A stretch of 64,000 nucleotides of DNA from Gammaproteobacteria bacterium (GTDB lineage: Bacteria > Pseudomonadota > Gammaproteobacteria > CBDDKY01), in assembly GCA_965230455.1 (NCBI GenBank), contig CBDDKY010000003.1, positions 196,039-260,038 on the forward strand. The letters are read 5' to 3'. The notes beneath the pieces are model-generated. The model ran no database searches and was not told the DNA's origin. It saw only the letters and a list, made by a program, of their open reading frames with translations. Below, in pieces: positions 40,446 to 49,935 of the stretch. The first letter of the stretch is position 1. Every line of letters starts with the position of its first letter. The translations under genes and the position numbers were made by a program.

Positions 40446-41564
40446 TAGTCCCCGCAGTTGAAACCTCGGGTTTTTGTAGTAAAATAGTCTAATAGAAAAA
40501 TTTAGGACATGGTTGTGCTAGAGTATAAATTATCAGAACGAGAATTAATCGAATTAAAATCTCGCCATCAAGGTAGTAAAAAACGTAAAGAAGCTGATCG
40601 CTTAAAAGCGGTGTATTTGCTAGGTAGTGGCTGGAAAATATCAGCAGTAAGAGAAGCCTTACTCTTAAGCGAAGATACAATACGGGGTTATTATAATAAT
40701 TACAAGCAAGAGGGGCTGGATGGTTTATTGAAAAGTAAATATTCTGGACGGCAGTCAGAAATGACAAGCTCGGAAAAAGAAGCTTTATTTTTACATCTTG
40801 AATCAGTAACCTATCAACGTGTATCTGATATTATTTTATACGTTGCCAAAGAGTTTGATATTGTCTATTCAGATAGCGGTATGCGCTTGATATTGAAAGA
40901 GCTAGGTTTTGTTTATAAAAAACCAGAGAAAATTCCCTACAAGGTGAACAAACAGTCCCAAGAAGCATTTATTAAGGCTTATAAGTCTCTCAAGAATACT
41001 GTAGATAAAGAAGATGGCCTTTATTTTATGGATGCAACGCATCCTGAGCACAATGCTGTCCCTGCGCATGGCTGGATGAAAAAAGGTGAGCGCATAGTCA
41101 TGAAGTCAAACCCACAACCAAGACGTTTAAACATTAATGGTGCGATTAATATAGACAGTTTAGATATGGTTGTTAGATTTGAGGAGCGTTTAAATAAAGA
41201 AACAACAAAAGATTTTTTAGAATCTTTACGGAAACATCAGCCAAAAGGTTATATTTATTTAATATGTGACAATGCAGGTTATTACCAATCTCCAGAGGTA
41301 CAAAGTTTAGCTGAGGCGATGGCGATTAAATTAATATTTTTACCAGCCTACTCACCAAATTTAAACTTAATAGAGCGAGTATGGAAGTTTTTTAAGAAAA
41401 AAGTACTGTACAATAAGTACTATGAAGAATTTGAAGAAATGGAAAAGGCTTGTAAAAAATTCTTTAGGCATATTTCTTATTATAAAGAAGAGCTGTCATC
41501 ATTGATGACAGAAAACTTTCAAGTTATAGAGATTTAAAACCCGAATTTCATACTGCACTGACTA
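40446..41564 (+). mobile_element. IS630-family insertion sequence, apparently intact
   Basis: TA flanks and imperfect ~30-bp terminal repeats (TAGTC..GCAGT..GAAA..TCGGGTTTT). Confidence 0.85.
40509..41537 (+). CDS. IS630-family transposase
   Basis: YFMDATHP, ICDNAGYY, LPAYSPNLNLIERVW. Confidence 0.95.
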   Translation: MVVLEYKLSERELIELKSRHQGSKKRKEADRLKAVYLLGSGWKISAVREALLLSEDTIRGYYNNYKQEGLDGLLKSKYSGRQSEMTSSEKEALFLHLESVTYQRVSDIILYVAKEFDIVYSDSGMRLILKELGFVYKKPEKIPYKVNKQSQEAFIKAYKSLKNTVDKEDGLYFMDATHPEHNAVPAHGWMKKGERIVMKSNPQPRRLNINGAINIDSLDMVVRFEERLNKETTKDFLESLRKHQPKGYIYLICDNAGYYQSPEVQSLAEAMAIKLIFLPAYSPNLNLIERVWKFFKKKVLYNKYYEEFEEMEKACKKFFRHISYYKEELSSLMTENFQVIEI

Positions 41565-41671
41565 TATACTGCCCGCGCTTTGGTTTGCGGGCAATGAGTC
41601 CAGCTCATTGAGCGCTTATTTTAACCTAAAATCGGCAGTATATCAGGCAGCATGGCGCGCCAAGCTTTACG

Positions 41672-41941
41672 TTATGGTGCCAAAACGTTGGCGCGATATG
41701 TTCGTTCTTCATCAATAGTTTGGTGCGGACATTTTTGATTGTCTACTGCTGTTCGAGGTTCGATAATATGATTGAGCTCAACAATTGATGATTCTATTAA
41801 CGCTTGATGTTGGTGAATAATATTTCTTAACGATGCGCCTCGCAACGGTTGACTGAGAATAGTCACTGGTTTCTTTTTTAACTGTGGTGGCTGTTCTTCT
41901 TGCGCGAAGTTTCCTGAAGCCACGGAATTTGGTTTGGACAT
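41672..41941 (-). CDS. Small hypothetical protein
   Basis: GGAGGT SD-like motif 7 nt upstream of the ATG (MSKPNS); no family recognised. Confidence 0.4.
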   Translation of the reverse strand: MSKPNSVASGNFAQEEQPPQLKKKPVTILSQPLRGASLRNIIHQHQALIESSIVELNHIIEPRTAVDNQKCPHQTIDEERTYRANVLAP

Positions 41942-42099
41942 AAAATAACACCTCCCATGATTATTTTGTTCATTCTGAAAACGATGGAGTGGCATTTTAG
42001 TACGACGGTTATTGTTTATTTATTCCGTAGCTTATTGATTTTTAAGGGCACAAAGTTGAAAGGCCTCGGAGCTGGGTGCGGGGTGTGTTTACTTAATGG

Positions 42100-42173
42100 G
42101 AACGATACGAATTGAGAAATTCACGTACCGTTCTGCGAGAGGCTGGTGGGAAAATTCTACCGGTTTACTCTCC
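42100..42173 (+). ncRNA. Group II intron domains V and VI (3' remnant)
   Basis: 34-nt D5 GAACGATAC-GAATT-GAGA-AATTC-AC-GTACCGTTC with GNRA loop and AC bulge; D6 GAGAG...A-CTCTC with bulged A. Confidence 0.8.
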
Positions 42174-42444
42174 CAAGTGTTGACAAATCACAAAGCCGTT
42201 AAGGTGTACTACAGGGTATAATTTAAACGAAAAATAAATTTTATAAAAGATGTTTCTTTTAGTGCTTATTTTCGATAACATAACCGCTTGGTTGGTTGGA
42301 ATGCTCTTATTTTTATGTGGCCCATTGCTATTCTTTAAGGCGCCTGCTTCGAGCGTTACTCTCATCATTTTTAATAAGTTTATTTAAGCTGATGTATGGT
42401 AGCTATTCTACCCGACGATTTTTTTAGGGGAAAATCATTCAAAG

Positions 42445-42717
42445 GTGGTTGGCGGGTGGCAGCTCAAAACCCTAAAATTCAAACGCTACAGGTATTTATT
42501 GGGGAGTGCACTAGTCTTGCCATGCAGGCAAAAAAAGCTAGGGGGTGAGTATACCGATGTATTTATACCATACGGATATAGGTTATTAACAGATAAAAAA
42601 ATATTAACCAATGTTGATAAAGAGCAAAAAATAATTATAATAGCGAACCAATTGCGTAGCGAAGGGTATAAGCTAGAAGCAATAGCAAAAAATACTGACA
42701 AGAAACTTTATCCATAG
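42445..42717 (+). pseudogene. Serine recombinase/resolvase C-terminal remnant
   Basis: GGEY..IPYGYR..EQKII..LRSEGYKL.AIA; catalytic N-terminus absent. Confidence 0.55.
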
Positions 42718-42809
42718 CAAGTTGCTAGACGTAGATTAATACGACTCTTTTGCTATAAGGCAACATGAGCAAGTGAATTTAAATCAATAGCATAAAATAT
42801 GTCATATCA

Positions 42810-43463
42810 ATGAAATTATACGGGAAGAAATTTGAAGATAGAGAAACGCTAAATAAAGCAAGAGAAATGCTGTATCGTTATTATGTTCAAGAGCTACACT
42901 GGAAAATAAATATAGAAAATCAATCTGGAATAAAAACAATAAAAACAAGTAGAAACCAAATGATGCTCGTTGATGATTATGATAATAATTCTGATTGGTT
43001 TGGTGTCTTTTATCAAAAAGATATTATTGCTTGTGCAAGAATAATTGACCATAGCCAATATCCCGTTGAGCTATCAAGATATTCTTCAGCGGCAAAGATA
43101 ATGAAAGATATTATTTTACACGAGAAAATAGCCGAGCTTAACAGGGAAGCGATAGACTCAAGGTTTGCTAACATTAAAAAAGTTTACTGCTGTTTATTTA
43201 AAACTATTTTAGATTACTGTTTGCTAAAAAATAAAGCGGTAATTACCACTAGCAACCTTACATCATGGCAAGCGTTTTATAAAGAGATTCGCCTGTCAAA
43301 GCTACAGGATTATAGTTTTAAGTATGAGCCAACTGATCACAAAGAAGTAGATGTTTATTTTGCAGAAAATGATGAAATATCTACATTAATAAAAACCATA
43401 GAAATGAAAGAGCATCCTGCTGTTAACACTAAAACAATACCGTTACATCTTGTGACTGAGTAA
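42810..43463 (+). CDS. GNAT-fold acyltransferase, LuxI/FeeM-like
   Basis: YRYYVQEL.W, DDYD, IACARI, ELNREAID. Confidence 0.7.
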   Translation: MKLYGKKFEDRETLNKAREMLYRYYVQELHWKINIENQSGIKTIKTSRNQMMLVDDYDNNSDWFGVFYQKDIIACARIIDHSQYPVELSRYSSAAKIMKDIILHEKIAELNREAIDSRFANIKKVYCCLFKTILDYCLLKNKAVITTSNLTSWQAFYKEIRLSKLQDYSFKYEPTDHKEVDVYFAENDEISTLIKTIEMKEHPAVNTKTIPLHLVTE

Positions 43464-43486
43464 ATTATTTATTACATAGGTACCCC

Positions 43487-44563
43487 ATGATAAACTTTGA
43501 ATCTTTTGTGTCACTACATAATATTTATCCAGAAAAAACAAGACCTTTTTTGGCAAAATCTTGTAAAGAAGCAAGCAGAAAAAATTTTAAGGGCTTAAAA
43601 ATACTACAGAATATTCCCTTAACTATAGAGGCCGTTTTAAAGATAGAGCCTTTACTTATTGCAGGAGCAGACTTAACTGTTAGCTGTATAACATCACTGC
43701 AACCCCATAAAAAAGCTATAGATATACTTAAAGCAGCCAATGTTAAAGTAAATATAGAACACAATTTCACAGAGCAATATGATATTCACTTAGATTGCTG
43801 CGGGGAACTTGCCGACAATATTGCACCAAGGATAGGGAGTATTGAGCTAACCCAAACCGGTACAAATAGATACAAAGAGCTAAACCCAAAATATCCCGTC
43901 ATCTCTGTAGATGATTGTGATTTAAAATATTTAGAAGCATTATATGGAACAGGAGATGGGTATATTAGAGCAATAAAAAAAAATACTGATATAGATTTGC
44001 ATAACAAAAAATTTATTGTTTTCGGTTGCGGGAAGATAGGTAAGGGTGTTATTAATGCGGTGTTACGATATTCAGATAATATTTTTGTTATTGACCCAGA
44101 TGAGAGCGCTCTAAATTTTGCTACAGCACGAGGCATTAAGTCCTCTTACGGCAAGAATATCAGTCAAATTAAATCAGAAATAAAGGATGCTCACTTTGTT
44201 GTAACGGCAACAGGAATTAAGGACTTGCTCACAGATTATTATCAGCTGGAGAAACTCGATTTTGGAAATGCCATATTAGCAAACATGGGCGCAGAGGATG
44301 AGTATGGAAGTAATTTTAGCTCAGACGATGTGCTTTTTGATAAAATGCCGCTAAACTTCTCTCTTGAACAACCAACACAAATGAAATACCTCGATCCAAT
44401 TTTATATGCACATAACAAAGCCATAGATATATTGCTATCAAATAATACAACAAAAACCTACCAAAGTTTCCCACAAAAAGAAGTAAATAACATTTTAATG
44501 AATTGGGCAAAATTTCACGATGAAAATATAGATCTGCTACTTAGTTCTACTAATAAAAAATAA
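43487..44563 (+). CDS. Short, divergent adenosylhomocysteinase-like NAD-binding enzyme
   Basis: ELTQTG, PVISVDD..K..YGTGDG, FGCGKIGKG, VTATG, LANMG. Confidence 0.8.
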   Translation: MINFESFVSLHNIYPEKTRPFLAKSCKEASRKNFKGLKILQNIPLTIEAVLKIEPLLIAGADLTVSCITSLQPHKKAIDILKAANVKVNIEHNFTEQYDIHLDCCGELADNIAPRIGSIELTQTGTNRYKELNPKYPVISVDDCDLKYLEALYGTGDGYIRAIKKNTDIDLHNKKFIVFGCGKIGKGVINAVLRYSDNIFVIDPDESALNFATARGIKSSYGKNISQIKSEIKDAHFVVTATGIKDLLTDYYQLEKLDFGNAILANMGAEDEYGSNFSSDDVLFDKMPLNFSLEQPTQMKYLDPILYAHNKAIDILLSNNTTKTYQSFPQKEVNNILMNWAKFHDENIDLLLSSTNKK

Positions 44564-44591
44564 AAAGTAACTATTCAGCTATTTTTGCTGA

Positions 44592-44829
44592 GGAATATAG
44601 AGAGATTTCATCGTGCCATCAAAGAAGTGCGTAACATTGAACGCTTTCAAGTACATAACGAAAATTATATTTTTCGCGCCATAAAGGCTTATGTGAAGCT
44701 AGAATTTATGCGATTAAATAAGGAAATTTCATATTGGCATCAAGTAAAAAAGGAATTATATGTCAACGTCATTTTTGAATACACCACCGATCTATCAAAA
44801 ATGATGCTGTTGTCAATGCATAAGTCCTA
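44592..44829 (+). pseudogene. 3' remnant of the same IS701 element
   Basis: NIERFHRAIK..AIKAYVKLEF; ends in TTGTCAATGCATAAGTCCTA. Confidence 0.85.
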
Positions 44830-45050
44830 CTCATGTGAATATACCCGTAGCGTTTTGATCTTAGGTCGTTGATTTGTTACAATTCACCCACGAAAGGATC
44901 TAACTTATCTACAGAAGAATTAAAAGAATTACACATAGCACATAAAGCTGCCAAGGGAATAAATGCCGCATACAAAATTAATGCTGTGATTGTGCGTGCC
45001 TGGGCGTTAAAAAAGTAAAAAATACATTACTTTTGGATGATAAGACACTA

Positions 45051-45397
45051 GGGTCTGTTGACATTTCATTTTTGCAAGCGGAATTTAGGTTGAACCTAAA
45101 ATCCTCAGTTGAAATCGTCGCGAGGCTGACTTAGTTGCTGAAGATAAAGGATTTTTCTCAATATTTTTTGTGAAAGCGTATCACCCATACGGTGAATAAA
45201 AAATATTGAGAAAAATCCTTTAGATTCGGTGAGTTAGGCGGCCGCAGTAGATTTCAACTGAGGATTTTAGGTTGAAGGAACGAAAGGCAAATTTGCGTTT
45301 ATTGGAGGCAGTATAGTGAACTATATAACGAAAATATACGCAAACTTGCACCCGTTTTATTCAAATTGTAGCGTGAAAATGAATTGTCAACAGACCC
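45051..45397. mobile_element. MITE family C carrying a nested family-A MITE
   Basis: GGGTCTGTTGACA...TGTCAACAGACCC ends, TA target duplication. Confidence 0.88.
45095..45271. mobile_element. MITE family A nested in MITE C
   Basis: 177 bp, TTGAA target duplication. Confidence 0.92.
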
Positions 45398-45943
45398 TAA
45401 GGGGATACGTAAAAAAATATCGTGGTGGTGGCATTGATACTTTATTGGCAACAAGCCACAAAGGTCGCGATATTTTTTTTAAAGTGAGAAATCTCGGGGG
45501 CTAGCCCCCGAGGCAAAGGCGATGGGGTTTCCCGCGTAGGCGACACAAACCAGGAGACAATCTCGGGAGCGAACGGCCGAGTTGTTGAACCGGATCATAA
45601 AAGAGAATACGTTGCGAAGAGCTTAACATAACTATTTACCTGACAACACACGATCAATTATTTATTTTGTGGGTAACTATTCAGCTATTTTTGCTGAATA
45701 GTTATTTTTGTGGAAAATAAATTTTCTGTTAATTATAGCACTCGCCAATGAAATAGGTATTATGGAAAATTTTCTGATTTTACTGAGGCTATCAAACATT
45801 TTTTTTAGACATATTGGCAAAAAGAAAAAACTATTGCGTTCAAGAATAGCAGATAATTTTCAAATCTTAGAAAAATCTGTGTTCGCATCTTGAAGTGGAA
45901 TTGGTATATTAACTGCTGCATATGACATTTCAAGGATGTTTTA

Positions 45944-47158
45944 ATGAAAAAAATCATGGTTCTTACAACCTATCTTGCCAACCTTTGGCTTGCAATTAAA
46001 GGTGAGAAAATTAACACTGAAGATAGTGATGTTTATTTGGATAGCATAATAAATAGGATGCCGGCGTATATTTTTTGGAAAAATAAAAGCTCCATCTATC
46101 TCGGATGTAATCATAGATTTTCTCATCTCGTTGGATTAACTTCATCAGAAGAAATTATAGGAAAAACAGACTTTGACCTAAACTGGAAAAACGAAGAAGT
46201 AGAACTATTTAGAGAGGGCGATAGAAGTGTAATGAGCGGCAACCCACTGATTAATGTGGAAGAAATAATCAAACAACCCAATAAAAAAGATATTGTGATG
46301 CTAGTAAGCAAAGTTCCATTGCGAAATAAAACCGGGGAGTGCATCGGTATGCTTGGTATGTCCATGGACATAACAGAGCTAAAAGAGACCCAACAAAACT
46401 TAAAAGTAGCCAAAGAAAAAGCAGAAAGGCTATTGCAGGATAAAAATGAGTTCTTACGCAATATTGAGCATGATATTAGAACTCCATATAGCGGTCTTTA
46501 TTCCATTATTAGCCACCTAGAAAGTATCGAGGAAAATCAAGAGAAAAAAGAAATGCTAGAGATAGTCAAGGATTCCGCTAAAGAGCTTCTGGACTATAAT
46601 AATGCGATGATAGAGTTTGCCCGAGCTGATGAGGGAATGTTGACAGTTTTACAAAAGAAATTCGACCTCGAGAGCTTGGCGTCAGGCGTTATTAATATAG
46701 AAAAACCCGCCGCTATAGCCAAAGGGCTTAAGCTCGAGTTAAATTACTCAGAAGATATACCTAAATATTTAATTGGAGACCCCAATAAAATTCAAACATT
46801 ATTAATAGACCTATTAGGAAATAGCATAAAATTCACAAAAGAAGGTTATTGCAAACTCACTGTTGATTGCGCTAAAAAAGATGAAAAATTAGCCATAATA
46901 CAGTTTATTATTGAAGATACTGGCATCGGAATACCCGAAGACAAACAAGAATATATTTATGAAAAATTTGCAAAACTATCCCCGTCCAACCAGAATGTGT
47001 ATAAAGGCGCAGGATTAGGATTAAGCATGGTGAAATTAATCATGCAAGAGCTAAATGGTGAGATTGAGCTTAAAAGTGAGTTAGGTAAAGGTACCACTTT
47101 CTCGTGCACCATCCCTTTGCGAGTTGCACTTACTGATAAACCGCCACTTAACGCATAG
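45944..47158 (+). CDS. PAS-domain sensor histidine kinase
   Basis: IFWKNK..YLGCN PAS; NIEHDIRTP H-box; LGNSIKFT, DTGIGI, GAGLGL. Confidence 0.92.
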   Translation: MKKIMVLTTYLANLWLAIKGEKINTEDSDVYLDSIINRMPAYIFWKNKSSIYLGCNHRFSHLVGLTSSEEIIGKTDFDLNWKNEEVELFREGDRSVMSGNPLINVEEIIKQPNKKDIVMLVSKVPLRNKTGECIGMLGMSMDITELKETQQNLKVAKEKAERLLQDKNEFLRNIEHDIRTPYSGLYSIISHLESIEENQEKKEMLEIVKDSAKELLDYNNAMIEFARADEGMLTVLQKKFDLESLASGVINIEKPAAIAKGLKLELNYSEDIPKYLIGDPNKIQTLLIDLLGNSIKFTKEGYCKLTVDCAKKDEKLAIIQFIIEDTGIGIPEDKQEYIYEKFAKLSPSNQNVYKGAGLGLSMVKLIMQELNGEIELKSELGKGTTFSCTIPLRVALTDKPPLNA

Positions 47159-47160
47159 GA

Positions 47161-47532
47161 GTGAACATGTTGATTTTGGTTGTTGAAGATACACCAATTG
47201 CTCAAAAAAGCATAAAAATAATATTAAGCAGCCTAGGGCATGAGGTTTCTATCGCCGACACAGGAGAAGATGCCGTTGAGATGGCCGATAAGACCAAATA
47301 CGATATTATATTTATGGATATTGGCTTAGGAGAAGGCATTAACGGTTTTGAGGCAACAGCGCAAATCAAAAAGGCTAATAATCTTAATGAATCAACACCA
47401 GTAGTTGCCTTAACAGCCCATGACGAACCTGAATTTGTCGAAAAAGTCAAAGAAGTTGGCATGGTAGAATACTTCAATAAGCCCATGACCCCAGACAAAA
47501 CACAAACTGCCTTCAAACATGTTAAGCCATAA
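47161..47532 (+). CDS. Single-domain response regulator
   Basis: LVVED, IFMDIGL, VALTAH, NKP. Confidence 0.93.
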   Translation: MNMLILVVEDTPIAQKSIKIILSSLGHEVSIADTGEDAVEMADKTKYDIIFMDIGLGEGINGFEATAQIKKANNLNESTPVVALTAHDEPEFVEKVKEVGMVEYFNKPMTPDKTQTAFKHVKP

Positions 47533-47749
47533 AAATGCATTGTTAGGCTTAACAAAGCCAAGAAACTTTATAGCCCAATCAACGTCATGTGACATGGGAA
47601 ATAGTGTCACTCATTCTTATCATCATCAAGATCAGTGTTTTTAGTTTCTGTGTTTTTATTGGTAACAACTGAGACACCAGAAAATAAAGTATCGATATGA
47701 GTTGTAAAAGCCATTAGCTTGTCTAATGGCGCTGAATGCAGCCCATAAT

Positions 47750-48174
47750 CCTAAATTCCGTAGTTGAAATCTACTGCGGCCGTCTAACTCACCGAATCTA
47801 AAGGATTTAGTCAGCCTCGCGACGATTTCAATTGAGGATTTTAGGCTTATTGGTGATGGAGACTTTTTTTGTTTTCTTAGATGAATCCAGATGTTATCGC
47901 CAAAAACGTGATTTAACTGCTGATTTTAGGTTTAACCTAAATTCCGCAGTTGAAATCGTCGCGAGGCTGACTAAGTCGCTGAAGATAAAGGATTTTTTTC
48001 CGTCTTTTTTGTGAAGGCGTATCACCCATACGGTGAATAAAAAAGACGGAAAAAAATCCTTTAGATTCGGTGAGTTAGACGGCCGCAGTAGATTTCAACT
48101 ACGGAATTTAGGTTTAACCTTGTATCTTAACTGCGAGGAAAAGAAGAGCTTGATAATCGACTGCGAAATTTAGG
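47750..48174. mobile_element. Composite MITE stack: deleted A', B fragment, full A' at 47936-48112, and a further end
   Basis: Whole unit flanked by ATAAT (47745-49 and 48175-79); inner A' flanked by TTTAA. Confidence 0.8.
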
Positions 48175-48217
48175 ATAATTCACCTACGCTGAGTCTATTC
48201 AATAAAAGAGAGAAGCC

Positions 48218-49006
48218 ATGTCACCTGATACCGGAAAACAGCTCTACCACTATCAAGATGAAGATATCGAACTAGAGGTACGAGAAGATGATAAACAACG
48301 CTGGTTGCATTTGGGTAGTGACTTCATCCAAAGCGCCATGAACCTTATGGCCCCCCAGGCACTCACACTCTATTACTTGCAATTTATGTTAGCAAGCTTA
48401 TTATTTAATCCAGCCCCAAAACGTGTTTGGGTTTTAGGCCTAGGCGGTGGCTCGCTCATTCGCTTTTTTCAGCACTACCTACCAGAGACACAAGTCGACG
48501 TGGTAGAACTTAACCCCCATGTCATTGATGTAGCAAAACGTTATTTCTTATTAGAAGAAACGGCCAATGTACATATTCATTGCATGGATGCGGTGGAATT
48601 TGTTCGAGAAAAAAAAACCGTGGTAGATATGATTTTTGTAGATATTGCCACTAAAACCGGCCTACCCAAGCCACTTTATCTCAATGCTTTTTATCGCAAT
48701 TGCCTAAAAGCCCTCAAAAAAAAAGGCGTGTTTGCTTTTAACATGTTGTCTCATTCAGACAGAGAACTACAAAAGCTCATCAAACGTCTGCGTGATATTT
48801 TTACCTATCGCCACTTATGCTTAGATGTACCTGGCTATGAAAATATCATCAGCTTTTGCTTTAAAGATATTCCTGAGCTACTCTCCCTGGAGGGTCTCAA
48901 AGAACGCGCTTTCCTGCTGGAGGAAAACTACCCTATTCAATTTAGCCAATTCTTGCTGCCTTTATTTAAAATAAACCCAAGTTATCGCGGGCTATTGAGT
49001 TTTTGA
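48218..49006 (+). CDS. Spermidine synthase-like SAM-dependent methyltransferase
   Basis: IQSAM, VLGLGGGSLIRF, VVELNPHVIDVAKRYF, DMIFVD. Confidence 0.85.
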   Translation: MSPDTGKQLYHYQDEDIELEVREDDKQRWLHLGSDFIQSAMNLMAPQALTLYYLQFMLASLLFNPAPKRVWVLGLGGGSLIRFFQHYLPETQVDVVELNPHVIDVAKRYFLLEETANVHIHCMDAVEFVREKKTVVDMIFVDIATKTGLPKPLYLNAFYRNCLKALKKKGVFAFNMLSHSDRELQKLIKRLRDIFTYRHLCLDVPGYENIISFCFKDIPELLSLEGLKERAFLLEENYPIQFSQFLLPLFKINPSYRGLLSF

Positions 49007-49104
49007 ACAAGCTTTCAGTTCCTTAATTAAAATTTGATAAAATATTTTTCATCAGTTATCATACCGACCACTCGTTTGAGTCTTTTGGCTGCAATACAGG
49101 GAAT

Positions 49105-49845
49105 ATGAATAATATGAACATGGATGAAGAAATTATAGTAGAAACACAAGCCACACACCCCTTTGATTCACTCACCCCCAAAATACGACAACAATTACAA
49201 CACGAGTTTCAATGGATTATCCAGCCGGTGCTTGAGCGATGTCGCGCACTGATGTCAGGACCTTTTTTTCATTGGCTGCACGCATTAGACTGCGTTGAAC
49301 TTTTTGCACCTACGGCAAAGGAACTCTACTTCCCTACCTACCACCTGCCTCGCGCCACGGGATTATTGCTTTCGAGTACCCCCATAAACCAAAGCTATAT
49401 GCTCTCTTACTTAGCTCGCCACACCTTCACAGAAGCCTGTCAGCATGAACTACTGTTACAGTGGATGCTAAATCACAAGCTTATGCAGAAACCACAAGAC
49501 ATCTTAGCCATACGGCCAAAGCCTGCCACAAAAGCACTGGTGAATTTTTACTACCGTAGCGCCCTGGAACGTGAGCTTATACCCTGGGTCATCAGTATCC
49601 ACTATGCTATTGATCTTTGTCATAAAAAGCTTTTTCAAGTTCTCTTGCCCAAAATGAGCAGCCTGGGTGCTGATGACCCCTATTTCCATATCAATGCTGA
49701 TGAAAGTGACATTGGTGGCATCACCAGCTTCCAGTGGGTAGAGCCTCTGCTAAGCATAAGACCGCATACTAAACATCTGTTAATACAGCACAGCCTAGAC
49801 GCCATTGATCTGTGGGATAAGATGCTAGGGGATTCCATTTTATAG
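49105..49845 (+). CDS. Heme-oxygenase-like (TenA/PqqC/HDO) helical-fold protein with degenerate metal ligands
   Basis: RH..TEACQHELL and PYFHINADESD align with HDO E..H and YF..H...D..H patterns but are altered. Confidence 0.55.
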   Translation: MNNMNMDEEIIVETQATHPFDSLTPKIRQQLQHEFQWIIQPVLERCRALMSGPFFHWLHALDCVELFAPTAKELYFPTYHLPRATGLLLSSTPINQSYMLSYLARHTFTEACQHELLLQWMLNHKLMQKPQDILAIRPKPATKALVNFYYRSALERELIPWVISIHYAIDLCHKKLFQVLLPKMSSLGADDPYFHINADESDIGGITSFQWVEPLLSIRPHTKHLLIQHSLDAIDLWDKMLGDSIL

Positions 49846-49935
49846 CAATAATCCACCCTAGAGCACACCGTTTATATTTCAACTATACTATAGGAACCTG
49901 TTTAAAAAATTTACGGAAAAAAGGACTACAATCCT

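Larger units (their letters stand above)
44880..45470 (+). pseudogene. IS630-type transposase N-terminal remnant interrupted by MITE C
   Basis: LSTEELKELHIAHK..AYKINAVI..LLLDDKTL | RGYVKKYRGGGIDTLL rejoins in frame once the element and one TA are removed. Confidence 0.7.

Noticed and set aside
42165-42368. 67-aa minus-strand ORF next to the intron remnant
   Set aside because: No motifs; lies in decayed mobile DNA
47606-47746. Short minus-strand frame ending ..DLDDDKNE next to the MITE stack
   Set aside because: May be the tail of a deleted gene but is too short to assign
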